Below, one piece after another: positions 38,968 to 48,374 of a stretch of 64,000 nucleotides of DNA. Origin of the DNA: Candidatus Cryptobacteroides sp. (GTDB lineage Bacteria > Bacteroidota > Bacteroidia > Bacteroidales > UBA932). The notes under the pieces are model-generated. The model saw only the letters and a program-made list of their open reading frames with translations. It was not told the DNA's origin and did not search any database. Each line of letters opens with the position of its first letter. Position 1 is the stretch's first letter. The stretch covers positions 17,271 to 81,270 of the forward strand of contig JBJEBV010000102.1 in the NCBI GenBank assembly GCA_051870395.1. The letters run 5' to 3'. The position numbers and the translations under genes were made by a program.

Positions 38968-39130
38968 AGTAATATGAAAAAAATAACTTGCTTCAGATTT
39001 GCATCAGATTCCAGAGGACAGATTTTCTCCCGAAGAAAGAGCGTAGCCGTAGCTACGTGACTGATGAGGGAGGAAATATGAATCGGAAAGATATGCATAA
39101 GATGATGCTATTTATTTTGTGAAGATTACT
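38968..39130. repeat. 163-bp imperfect palindrome with GTAG-core hairpin (REP/MITE-like element or structured leader)
   Basis: Nested arms AGTAAT/ATTACT, AAAATAA/TTATTTT, TGCAT/ATGCA, ATTTTCTCCC/GGGAGGAAAT and GCGTAGC-cgta-GCTACGT share one centre near 39049. Confidence 0.7.
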
Positions 39131-39300
39131 AAAATGTTTCAATTTTCGTTTATTCCGCAAAATTAGTTATTTTTGCGTGATTTAAAAGATTTCTGGGATG
39201 GGATATGACATTTTGTCGCATCTGTGGACATTGGCAGAATTGTTGTATTGCAGATGACAATGAAATACTTTTGACAATAATTCATTAATTTTTATAGAAT

Positions 39301-40302
39301 ATGGTTTCTTATAAAGATCTGGGCCTTGTAAACACCAGGGAAATGTTTGCAAAGGCAGTAGAGGGAGGTTATGCAATCCCTGCCTTCAATTTCAACAACA
39401 TGGAGCAGCTCCAGGCCATTATCCAGGCTTCTGCAGAGACTAAGTCTCCAGTTATTCTCCAGGTTTCCAAGGGTGCCCGAAACTATGCAAACCAGACCCT
39501 TCTCCGCTATATGGCAGAGGGCGCTGTAGCGTACGCCAAGGAGCTCGGCTGGGAGCATCCTCAGATTGTTCTTCACCTCGACCACGGTGATTCTTTCGAA
39601 CTCTGCAAGAGCTGCGTTGACATGGGCTTCTCTTCAGTCATGATTGACGGTTCATCTCTTCCTTACGAGGAGAACATCGCTCTCACCAAGAAGGTAGTCG
39701 AGTACGCACATCAGCACGATGTAACCGTTGAGGGTGAGCTCGGTGTCCTCGCAGGTGTTGAGGATGAGGTTGCTTCTGAGGTTTCCCACTACACCAAGCC
39801 GGAGGAAGTTATCGACTTCACCAACAGGACAGGTGTTGACAGCCTTGCTATTTCCATCGGTACTTCACACGGTGCCTACAAGTTCAAACCTGAGCAGTGT
39901 ACCCGCGACCCTAAGACAGGCCGTCTCGTACCTCCGCCACTTGCATTCGACGTTCTCCACGAGATTGAGAAGAAGCTTCCTGGCTTCCCTATCGTTCTCC
40001 ACGGTTCTTCTTCAGTTCCACAGGAGTATGTAGACATCATCAACGCCAATGGCGGCAAGCTTCCGGATGCAGTAGGTATTCCTGAGGAGCAGCTCCGTGA
40101 GGCTGCCAAGTCAGCAGTTTGCAAAATCAACATTGACTCTGACTCACGTCTTGCAATGACAGCCGCTGTCCGCAAGGTATTCGCTGAGAAACCGGGTGAG
40201 TTCGACCCTCGCAAGTACCTCGGACCTGCTCGTGACGAGATGAAGAAGCTCTATGAGCACAAGATTGTGAACGTTCTCGGCTCCAACGGAAAGGCTGAGT
40301 AA
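39301..40302 (+). CDS. fba: Class II fructose-bisphosphate aldolase
   Basis: YAIPAFN, LHLDHG, SVMIDGS, VEGELG, GTSHG, VLHGSS, FDPRKYL. Confidence 0.97.
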   Translation: MVSYKDLGLVNTREMFAKAVEGGYAIPAFNFNNMEQLQAIIQASAETKSPVILQVSKGARNYANQTLLRYMAEGAVAYAKELGWEHPQIVLHLDHGDSFELCKSCVDMGFSSVMIDGSSLPYEENIALTKKVVEYAHQHDVTVEGELGVLAGVEDEVASEVSHYTKPEEVIDFTNRTGVDSLAISIGTSHGAYKFKPEQCTRDPKTGRLVPPPLAFDVLHEIEKKLPGFPIVLHGSSSVPQEYVDIINANGGKLPDAVGIPEEQLREAAKSAVCKINIDSDSRLAMTAAVRKVFAEKPGEFDPRKYLGPARDEMKKLYEHKIVNVLGSNGKAE

Positions 40303-40349
40303 TTGACAGTCAAATCAATATGAGGCGGCAACGCTTCAGTATACAATAT

Positions 40350-40387
40350 CGGAAAGCACTGTTTCAAGTACGGTGCTTTCCGTTTTT
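40350..40387 (+). terminator. fba terminator
   Basis: CGGAAAGCACTGT...ACGGTGCTTTCCG followed by TTTTT. Confidence 0.85.
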
Positions 40388-40501
40388 CATTTATGCCATT
40401 ACTCCAAAAGTAGGTATTGTTTGCCAAATAATCCTTCCGTGTTCCCCTATCATAAAAAATGCACTATATTTGCAGCCGTCCGAATATATGGAATTGAAAT
40501 A

Positions 40502-41719
40502 ATGAGACGAGTAGTAATAACAGGAATGGGAATTTATTCGTGCCTCGGAGTAACATTGGAAGAGGTGCGCGATTCCCTTTATACGGGAAAGTCCGGAATC
40601 ATTTTCGACCCGGAGAGGAAAGAGATGGGATTCAGGTCGGCCCTTACGGCCTGCGTCCCGGAACCTGACCTCAAGAAGGAATTGAGCCGCTCACAGCGAG
40701 TGTTCATGCCGCAGCAGGCAAAATATGCTTATTGTGCCACCAGGGATGCCCTGAGGGCCGCCCGCATTGACCAGGATTATCTCAATACGCACGAGGTCGG
40801 TCTCCTTTACGGCAATGACAGTTCGACGGTCCCTGTGGTCAATTCCGTAGATATAATGCGGGAGAAGAAGGATACAACCCTCTGCGGTTCTGGAGCGATT
40901 TTCCAGTCCATGAACAGCACGGTGACGATGAACCTCGGCTGCATTTTCAAGCTCAAGGGCATCAACCTCACTGTCTCAGGTGCCTGTGCGAGCGGTTCCC
41001 ACGCCATTGGCCTCGGCGCACTCCTGATCCAGAACGGCCTGCAGGACATGGTAGTCTGCGGAGGAGCCCAGGAGGTCAATCCTTTCGCAGTCGGTTCTTT
41101 TGACGGCATTTCAGCATTCTCCACGAGGGAGGACAATCCAGCTGCGGCCAGCCGTCCGTTTGACAGGGACAGGGACGGTCTGGTACCGGGTGGCGGTGCC
41201 GCCACGGTCATCATTGAAGACTACGAATCGGCGGTCAGAAGGGGAGCCCCGATTATTGCCGAGGTGCTTGGATACGGCTTCTCAAGTAACGGAGACCATA
41301 TTTCATCCCCTAATGTGGACGGGCCGAGCCGCTCTCTCGAGATGGCAGTCCGCCGCTCAGGTATCTCCAAGTCGGAGATAGGATATATCAATGCCCACGC
41401 TACTTCCACCCACGTGGGCGATGCCAATGAGGCCAAGGCAATTTTCAATGTCTTCGGCGAACGCACGGTGGAAGTGACCAGTACCAAGTCCCAGACCGGA
41501 CACGAGATGTGGATGGCCGGGGCCAGCGAGGTCATTTACTCTATATTGATGATGAAGAACGACTTCATCGCTGCCAACTTGAACTTCGAGAATCCTGACG
41601 AGGACTCTTCAAGGCTTCTGATACCGGGCCGGCTGGTGCACAAGCATTTTGATACCTTCCTTTCCAATTCATTCGGATTCGGAGGTACCAATTCTACCCT
41701 GGTTATCAGGAATATGTAG
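40502..41719 (+). CDS. Beta-ketoacyl-ACP synthase (FabB/FabF-like, accessory cluster type)
   Basis: Intact Cys-His-His triad (GACASG, NAHATST, TGHEMW) and SNSFGFGGTN; start ATG 40502. Confidence 0.93.
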   Translation: MRRVVITGMGIYSCLGVTLEEVRDSLYTGKSGIIFDPERKEMGFRSALTACVPEPDLKKELSRSQRVFMPQQAKYAYCATRDALRAARIDQDYLNTHEVGLLYGNDSSTVPVVNSVDIMREKKDTTLCGSGAIFQSMNSTVTMNLGCIFKLKGINLTVSGACASGSHAIGLGALLIQNGLQDMVVCGGAQEVNPFAVGSFDGISAFSTREDNPAAASRPFDRDRDGLVPGGGAATVIIEDYESAVRRGAPIIAEVLGYGFSSNGDHISSPNVDGPSRSLEMAVRRSGISKSEIGYINAHATSTHVGDANEAKAIFNVFGERTVEVTSTKSQTGHEMWMAGASEVIYSILMMKNDFIAANLNFENPDEDSSRLLIPGRLVHKHFDTFLSNSFGFGGTNSTLVIRNM

Positions 41720-41764
41720 GGCATTCCGGGAAGGTCCCGGAGTGTATTGTTTAATAAAAATAAA

Positions 41765-42007
41765 ATGGAGAAGCAGGAGTTAATCAATGAAATCAACTCG
41801 GCACTTGCCGGGGAGTTTGAAGTTGATGAGTCTGTCATCACCCCTGAAGCCAACATCAGGGCAGCCCTTCAGCTGGACAGCCTCAGCCTGGTAGATCTGG
41901 TAGCCCTTCTTGAATCCCGTTTCGGAATCAAGATTACGGGAGCAGAGATGATTGAACTGCAGACGTTCCAGGCGCTCTATGACTTTGTGTATGACAAGGT
42001 TAAGTAA
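41765..42007 (+). CDS. Acyl carrier protein
   Basis: Acidic 80-aa protein with LQLDSLSLVDL phosphopantetheine site. Confidence 0.92.
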   Translation: MEKQELINEINSALAGEFEVDESVITPEANIRAALQLDSLSLVDLVALLESRFGIKITGAEMIELQTFQALYDFVYDKVK

Positions 42008-42010
42008 TCT

Positions 42011-42445
42011 ATGAAAGAAAACATTCCGGTAAGGGGTGACGAATTGTCACGCCTGCTGCCCCAGAAACCGCCTATGATGATGGTCGACACTTTGTACAGT
42101 GCCGGAAGCGACTTTGCTGAAACCGGCCTCACGGTGTCCGGGGACAATGTTTTCTGTATAGATGGTTATCTGATTGAGCCCGGCATCATTGAGCATTCCG
42201 CCCAGAGTGCCGCGGCTTTTTCGGGATACAGATATTTTGAGGCGGGGGAGGAACCCCGCATTGGCCTCATTGGGGAAATCAAGACTTTCCGCATTGAGCG
42301 CCTTCCGAAGGTGGGGGAGAGCATCAGGACCAGGGTCAGGATACTCGGCGAGGCCTTCGGCATGTCATTGGTCGGGACGGAATCCTTCATTGACGGAGTC
42401 CGGATTGCCGGTGGCCAGATAAAGATTTTCATAAAGGAGGATTGA
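42011..42445 (+). CDS. Hot-dog fold FabZ/ApeP-like dehydratase subunit
   Basis: LLPQKPPMMMVD...IIEHSAQSAAA...LPKVGE; lacks the FabZ GHFP catalytic motif. Confidence 0.75.
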   Translation: MKENIPVRGDELSRLLPQKPPMMMVDTLYSAGSDFAETGLTVSGDNVFCIDGYLIEPGIIEHSAQSAAAFSGYRYFEAGEEPRIGLIGEIKTFRIERLPKVGESIRTRVRILGEAFGMSLVGTESFIDGVRIAGGQIKIFIKED

Positions 42446-42446
42446 A

Positions 42447-43967
42447 GTGGACAGGACGGTGGCTATAATCGGAAGCGGTCCCGGCGGACTTGAATGCGGC
42501 TGCATTCTGGCCCGCAAGGGCTTCAAAGTCATTGTCCTGGAGAAGGCCAAAGTGCCGGGAGGGGCGCTCCAGACATTCTCCAGAAAGGACTCCGGAGGCC
42601 GTACGCATATCTTCGACACCGGTTTTCACTATGTCGGCAGTCTCGGCGAGGGTGAACCTCTGGGCAGGCTGTTCTCATATTTCGGGCTTATGGACCTGCC
42701 CTGGGAACCTTTGGATGCGGATTTTGCAGCGGAGGTTCTCATTGGAGATGATAAGTATGCCCTGCCATCAGGTTACGGGGCATACGAAGAAAGTTTGAGC
42801 AAGGCCTTCCCGCATTGCCGTGAAGGTATCAGGAAATATGTGGGGATGCTGAAGGATGTCGGGGACAATATTTTCAATGCCTTCCGGCCGGAAAACGGGA
42901 TGAATCCTCTGTTCGGGGTCCCTGCTGCCGATTATCTTCGGGAGACATTGGCGGACCCGGAACTTGTCCGACTCGTGTCAGGAGCTTCTGCCTTCAATAT
43001 GGACCTGCGCCCGGAGAGCCTTCCCCTGTATGTTTTTGCCCAGATAAACAGCTCATTCATAAGGAGTTCCTGGCGGCTTGGCCGTACGGGCGGCGGGGTT
43101 GAAGGCGGGTCTGCTGTAGCAGGAGCATTGATCAAGACATTGGAACAGGCGGGTGGCCGGCTGATGACAGGGGCGGAAGTCACCTCGCTACGCACCGACG
43201 GTATCGGACGGGTCGTCTCTCTGGGAGTACTCAATGGGAATGAGACTGAAGAACTGCCTGTGGACTACGTGATTTCGGATGCTCATCCTGCCATCACCGT
43301 CGGTATGGTGGATGATTGCAGGGCGCTCCGTAGGATTTACAGGTCGAGGATGACCAGGCTTGGCAACAGCAGGGGAATGTTCACCGTCAATGTTGCCATG
43401 AAGCCGGGTACGATGCCTTATCTGAACCGCAATATATTCGTCGCTGCTCCGGACTGTGACCCCTGGCATGTATCCGGCCGGGGAGGAGATGAGGTGATGG
43501 TGCATTTCAATGCTGCCGATGTCGCAGGCGGTTCCGCTCTCTCGCTTGACATCCTCACGCCAATGGACTGGGCCTTGGTGGCTCCGGATGGCAGAGGTGA
43601 GGCTTACAGGGATATGAAACATCGATGCGCTGAGAGATGTATCGGTCTGGCATCCAAGGCTTTGCCGGGATTGGAGAAAGCAGTGGACAGATATTGGACC
43701 GACAGCCCGCTGACTTGGCGGGATTATACCGGGACAGTGGAGGGTTCGGCGTTCGGGGCGTTCAAGGACTGCCGCAATCCGCTCGCTACCGTCCTCTCGC
43801 CGAGGACCCCGCTGGAGAATCTCTTCCTTACCGGACAGAGCCTCAATCTTCACGGAATTCTCGGTGTAACAATGACTTCGGTCCTTACTTGCTCGGCAAT
43901 GCCGGGACTTGGGAATCTTCCGGCGGAGATGGGGCTGATTGATGGAAAAATAATTGATACAATATGA
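42447..43967 (+). CDS. FAD-dependent oxidoreductase, phytoene desaturase / retinol saturase family
   Basis: IIGSGPGG, EK...GG, FDTGFHYVG, SPLTWRDYT, NLFLTGQ. Confidence 0.85.
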   Translation: MDRTVAIIGSGPGGLECGCILARKGFKVIVLEKAKVPGGALQTFSRKDSGGRTHIFDTGFHYVGSLGEGEPLGRLFSYFGLMDLPWEPLDADFAAEVLIGDDKYALPSGYGAYEESLSKAFPHCREGIRKYVGMLKDVGDNIFNAFRPENGMNPLFGVPAADYLRETLADPELVRLVSGASAFNMDLRPESLPLYVFAQINSSFIRSSWRLGRTGGGVEGGSAVAGALIKTLEQAGGRLMTGAEVTSLRTDGIGRVVSLGVLNGNETEELPVDYVISDAHPAITVGMVDDCRALRRIYRSRMTRLGNSRGMFTVNVAMKPGTMPYLNRNIFVAAPDCDPWHVSGRGGDEVMVHFNAADVAGGSALSLDILTPMDWALVAPDGRGEAYRDMKHRCAERCIGLASKALPGLEKAVDRYWTDSPLTWRDYTGTVEGSAFGAFKDCRNPLATVLSPRTPLENLFLTGQSLNLHGILGVTMTSVLTCSAMPGLGNLPAEMGLIDGKIIDTI

Positions 43968-44692
43968 AAAGCAATGTACTTGTGACCGGCGGCAGCCGCG
44001 GAATAGGAAGGGCTGTTTGTGCCAGGCTGGCTTCAGAGGGCCGGCACATCATTATAAACTACGTGTCTAACGATGCTTCTGCGCAGGAGGCCCTGGCCAT
44101 GGTAGAGTCTGCCGGAGGTACCGGAGAACTTCTGAAATTCGACGTGAGCGATATCGAGGCGACATCGGCTGCCCTGAAATCGTGGCAGGACGCCCATCCG
44201 GACGAATACATTGACGTTCTGGTCAACAATGCCGGCATCCGCCGGGACAATCTCCTGCTCTGGATGGAGCCGGAGGACTGGTTCAGTGTGATGAAGACAA
44301 ATCTGGACAGTTTCTACAATGTCACAAGGCCTGTTCTTCAGCCTATGGTACTGCATAAATGCGGAAGGATAGTCAATGTGACCTCGCTCTCGGGCCTGAA
44401 GGGCCTGCCCGGCCAGACCAATTACTCTGCTGCCAAGGGAGGTATCATAGCCGCCACGAAGGCATTGGCACAGGAGGTGGCTGCCAGGAAGATTACCGTC
44501 AATGCTGTGGCTCCGGGCTTTGTCCGTACCGATATGGTGGAGGGCCTGGATGAGGCTGAACTGAAGAAAACCATTCCTGCCAGGCGTTTCGGCGAGCCTG
44601 GGGAGGTGGCCGAACTTGTGGCCTTCCTCGTTTCCGACAAGGCCGCTTACATCACCGGCCAGGTGATTTCCATCAATGGCGGAATCTATTAG
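43964..44692 (+). CDS. fabG: 3-oxoacyl-ACP reductase (cluster-associated FabG paralogue)
   Basis: TGGSRGIG, NNAGI, NYSAAKGG, VNAVAPG. Confidence 0.88.
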   Translation: MKSNVLVTGGSRGIGRAVCARLASEGRHIIINYVSNDASAQEALAMVESAGGTGELLKFDVSDIEATSAALKSWQDAHPDEYIDVLVNNAGIRRDNLLLWMEPEDWFSVMKTNLDSFYNVTRPVLQPMVLHKCGRIVNVTSLSGLKGLPGQTNYSAAKGGIIAATKALAQEVAARKITVNAVAPGFVRTDMVEGLDEAELKKTIPARRFGEPGEVAELVAFLVSDKAAYITGQVISINGGIY

Positions 44693-45636
44693 CTCTTCTT
44701 GACCGCCTTTTCTCCATACAGCTGGTACTGCCGTGGAGAGCACCCCGTAGCCGACTTGAAATACTTGCAGAAGAAAGAAGAATTAGGGAAATTCATCTTG
44801 TCGCTGACCTGCTGCACGGAATAATCATTGGACACCAGCAGCACCTTGGCCTCCAGGATTACGCTGGCCTTGATAATGTCTCCAGGTTTCTTCCCGAGCG
44901 TCTCCGTGATAATCCTTGCGAAATACTTCGGTGAAAGACAGCACTTCCCGGCATAGAATGCCACGGCCCTCTCAGTTCCGCAGTACTCGTGGACATCATT
45001 GAGGAACCGCATGGTAAGTTCCTTCTTCCTGGATATATTGGAATCCTCCACAGGTGCATCCACCTGGTCAGACATAATGGATGCGAAAATCGCACTGGCG
45101 AAATAGAAAAAGCCGATGGCGGCATCCTGGGCATATTTTTCCTTTATCCCGGAGAACTTCCACAAATTCTTGAACAGGGTGTAGCTCTGCACAAAAGCCT
45201 CACTTACGCTTTCCGGATAATGCACTACGCCGCGGCCCGCATTCTTGATAAGCCATTTGCGGACAATAGCCGCACTCTGCATAATTGCCTTTCCGAAATT
45301 TCTCTCGGAGATGGCACCGATGATGAACTTGCAGTCATCAGAATAATGGATGTATTCCGCTATGGCTCCAGGCATACAAATGAGCCCGCTGTTCCTGGAG
45401 ATATCGAAATCTTCCTGATTGATTTTCACGTGGATGTGTCCATTCAGGCAAATAATGCAGAAAGCCATCATCAGTTTTGCCGGTACTTCCTTTTTCATGT
45501 TTTCGGTACTCAGTTCCGGAATATCCCTGTCCAGATTGTCATTCAGGACTACGATATCTCCAACCGTAATAGCATCATCGGAAACTTGGAAATTCCCGAA
45601 CTTTATCCTGCGCACGGATTTATTTTCCTTATTCAT
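44689..45636 (-). CDS. AraC family transcriptional regulator
   Basis: C-terminal VAFYAGKCCLSPKYF...EAKVLL...FPNSSFFCKYFKSATGCSPRQY. Confidence 0.92.
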   Translation of the reverse strand: MNKENKSVRRIKFGNFQVSDDAITVGDIVVLNDNLDRDIPELSTENMKKEVPAKLMMAFCIICLNGHIHVKINQEDFDISRNSGLICMPGAIAEYIHYSDDCKFIIGAISERNFGKAIMQSAAIVRKWLIKNAGRGVVHYPESVSEAFVQSYTLFKNLWKFSGIKEKYAQDAAIGFFYFASAIFASIMSDQVDAPVEDSNISRKKELTMRFLNDVHEYCGTERAVAFYAGKCCLSPKYFARIITETLGKKPGDIIKASVILEAKVLLVSNDYSVQQVSDKMNFPNSSFFCKYFKSATGCSPRQYQLYGEKAVKKS

Positions 45637-45882
45637 CTCATCAAAATCCTGTATCGGCCAAAGTCAAACCTTAAAGTTGCCGCCACATCCTGCAAAGTGT
45701 GCATTGTCCTCGCAGACGTGGCAGCAACAGTTTTCTTAAGCCAGTTTTAAGTTTTACGGCTTCAAATATATCATTAGTTTAACAAAAAACAAACTTGACA
45801 GCCTCAAATAGTGAATTTTTGACCAACAATTCGTAATTTTGTCATATATAGCCCTCGGGTGAAGTTGATTATTTTGAACCAA

Positions 45883-46971
45883 ATGAATATTCCGGATACC
45901 TTTAAAGAAATACTTTCGTCCGATTCCACAAGCGGAAGGGAAAGATCTTTCGCCGAATTGGTGGAGGCATTGATCCGCCGTGAATGTGGCCGCATCGGCT
46001 CTGTTCCGATTATCAGCAAGTTTGAAGTCGGGGACGGGACATTGAACCTTCTCTGCACCTGGGGATGTAAAGGAGGTGAAATGCCTGAAGTCTGCCTCTG
46101 CACCCATCTGGACACTGTCCCGCCATACATTCCGCCCGCTTTCAGGGAAATCAATGCCGGAGCAGGGCTGCCTGACGGGAAGACAGCCGTGGCTGACGAC
46201 ATCCTCATAACCGGACGCGGCTCCTGCGATGCCAAGGGCCAGATTATTTCAATGCTGGCCGCCTGCGTTGAGCTTGCAGAGTCCGGATTTCCAGGCAGTT
46301 ACGGACTGCTTCTCCTGGCCGGGGAGGAGACCGGCTCCTTCGGGGCAAAGGCCTGGACAAGGGACTGCCAGGGAGGCAACTGGATAATCGTGGGCGAGCC
46401 GACCGGCAACAGGATGGTCTCCGCTTCCAAGGGAACCAAGTCTTTCCGCATCACTATGCGGGGAAAGGCCTGCCACTCCGGTTATCCTCAATTGGGACAT
46501 AGTGCGGTATTGGACTTCAATGAGTTTGTCAATGCGTTGAAAGCCAAGGAATTGCCAATCGACCCCGTACTTGGGGAAACTACCTGGAACATAGGCTGCC
46601 TGGCTGCCGGCAATCCGCAGAACATCCTCTGTCCGGAACTGTCTTTCAGACTGTATTTCAGGACCACGTCTGCCTCTGACGATATCGTGCAGGCACTTCC
46701 GGAGGAATGGAGAACAATGTTCCCCGGCATTGATGTGGAGGCATTCGGAGGTGATACCCCCATGAAATACGATGTCCTGCCGGGCTATGAGACCATACCT
46801 GTCTCCTTCGGCAGCGATACGCCGAGGCTGACTGGCTTCAGGCACAGGGCGATGTGCGGCCCGGGCTCTATTTTTGTAGCCCACACCGACAGGGAATATG
46901 TCCTCATGACTCAGCTCAGGAAGGCTATTGACCAGTATAAGAGAATGATAACAAGCATTGTAGCACTATGA
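45883..46971 (+). CDS. M20 family deacylase (ArgE/DapE-like), probable succinyl-DAP desuccinylase
   Basis: THLDTVPP, GRGSCDAKG, GEETG, VGEPT, GPGSIFVAHT; first gene of the dap cluster. Confidence 0.8.
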   Translation: MNIPDTFKEILSSDSTSGRERSFAELVEALIRRECGRIGSVPIISKFEVGDGTLNLLCTWGCKGGEMPEVCLCTHLDTVPPYIPPAFREINAGAGLPDGKTAVADDILITGRGSCDAKGQIISMLAACVELAESGFPGSYGLLLLAGEETGSFGAKAWTRDCQGGNWIIVGEPTGNRMVSASKGTKSFRITMRGKACHSGYPQLGHSAVLDFNEFVNALKAKELPIDPVLGETTWNIGCLAAGNPQNILCPELSFRLYFRTTSASDDIVQALPEEWRTMFPGIDVEAFGGDTPMKYDVLPGYETIPVSFGSDTPRLTGFRHRAMCGPGSIFVAHTDREYVLMTQLRKAIDQYKRMITSIVAL

Positions 46972-48314
46972 TAATAATGAAGTTCGGAGGCACCTCCGTC
47001 CAGAATGGCGAGGCCATCCGCAGAGTTATCGGCATTGTCTGCGGGAGAATGCCTGAGAAGCCGCTTGTGGTGGTTTCCGCATTGTCAAAAGTCACCAGGC
47101 AGCTTTGCAGTATTGCCGAGGCTGCACAGGGCAGAAGGGAGGAAGAGTTCAGGGAACTTCTCTCAGCATTGAGAAAGAGGCATTGCGACCTTGCGGCTGA
47201 ACTCCTTCCGGAAGGTTCGGCATTGCTCCGTGACTGCATTGGGCGAATCGGGCGGCTTTGCGATGAACTTGAGGACTTTGTATATGGCGTTTACCGGATT
47301 GCGGAACTCTCTCCGAGAAGTTATGCCCGCATTGTATCCACAGGAGAACTGCTTTCTTCCGTGATAGTTTCGGCGGCAATGAATGCGGAGGGGCTGTCCT
47401 GCCATTGGGCTGATGCGAGGAGAATGATGGTGACAGACTGCAACTATATGTCTGCCGCTCCCGATCTTGAGGCTACCGAGGCAAATGTCAGGAGGGAATA
47501 TCCCGCATTGTCCAAGGGCGCGTCCGTCGTCCTGACCCAGGGCTTCATCGCCTCGTCGGCCGAGGGCTTCCCATCAGTGCTTGGTTTCGAGGGCTCGGAC
47601 TATTCGGCTGCCATATTCGGAATGGCCCTGAACGCATCCAGGGTGGAGATTTGGACCGATGTAGACGGAATCCGTACTGCTGACCCGAGAGTCGTTTCCA
47701 ATACCGGAAGGATTGGCAGGCTTTCATACGACGAGGCTGCCGAGATGGCCTCCCTCGGTGCCAGGGTACTTCATCCGCTTACTATCGAGCCTGCCAGGAA
47801 GAGGGGTATCCCGGTTGTAGTCCTCAATTCCGCAAACCCCGGGGGGCCGGGTTCCGAAGTGTCTTTCAATGGGGAAGGTGCAGGGCCCAAGAGCATTGCC
47901 CTCAATGAGGAAGTGGAATTCCTCAGAATCACTTCCCCGAAAATCAGCGGGGCAACCTCAATGATTTCAGACGTTTACGGCATCCTTGCTTCTGAAGGCC
48001 TGGAAACCGGGCCCGGGACTGTCTCCGAATCATCGGCAAACATAGTGCTGGAAGTGGGGAAAAAGTCTTCTGACAATGCTGTAAGACGTCTCAGGGAGAA
48101 ATATGAGGTCCAGGTCCTGACGGACAAGGCCCTTGTCTCCGTGGTAGGCTGTGATGTGGCGGTATCACACACGGTGCTCTCTGCCCTGCTGCAGAAATCC
48201 GCTCCCGTCTATATGCTGTCAGCCAGTCCTTCATTGCTGAGTGTCAGCGTAGTGGTGGACAAGTCAGGGGCGAGGGACATCGTCTCGGCACTTCACGGCG
48301 AATATTTCGGTTGA
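46968..48314 (+). CDS. lysC: Aspartate kinase
   Basis: MKFGGTSV, VVVSA, GELLSS, GSDYSA, IWTDVDG, GARVLHP. Confidence 0.93.
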   Translation: MIIMKFGGTSVQNGEAIRRVIGIVCGRMPEKPLVVVSALSKVTRQLCSIAEAAQGRREEEFRELLSALRKRHCDLAAELLPEGSALLRDCIGRIGRLCDELEDFVYGVYRIAELSPRSYARIVSTGELLSSVIVSAAMNAEGLSCHWADARRMMVTDCNYMSAAPDLEATEANVRREYPALSKGASVVLTQGFIASSAEGFPSVLGFEGSDYSAAIFGMALNASRVEIWTDVDGIRTADPRVVSNTGRIGRLSYDEAAEMASLGARVLHPLTIEPARKRGIPVVVLNSANPGGPGSEVSFNGEGAGPKSIALNEEVEFLRITSPKISGATSMISDVYGILASEGLETGPGTVSESSANIVLEVGKKSSDNAVRRLREKYEVQVLTDKALVSVVGCDVAVSHTVLSALLQKSAPVYMLSASPSLLSVSVVVDKSGARDIVSALHGEYFG

Positions 48315-48374
48315 CCTTGGCCGAAAATTGACTATATTTGTAGTTTGGACAGTTAGTAGATATAAAAATATTTT

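Noticed and set aside
39022-39077. Hammerhead ribozyme (CTGATGA plus CGAA flanking a stem)
   Set aside because: No stem III and no UH cleavage site between GAA and the inner hairpin; kept only as part of the palindromic element
45637-45882. Lysine riboswitch or Lys-rich leader ahead of the dap cluster
   Set aside because: No recognisable L-box features or Lys-codon sORF; the plus-strand -7 box (TAATTTTG near 45834) leaves only about 40 nt of leader
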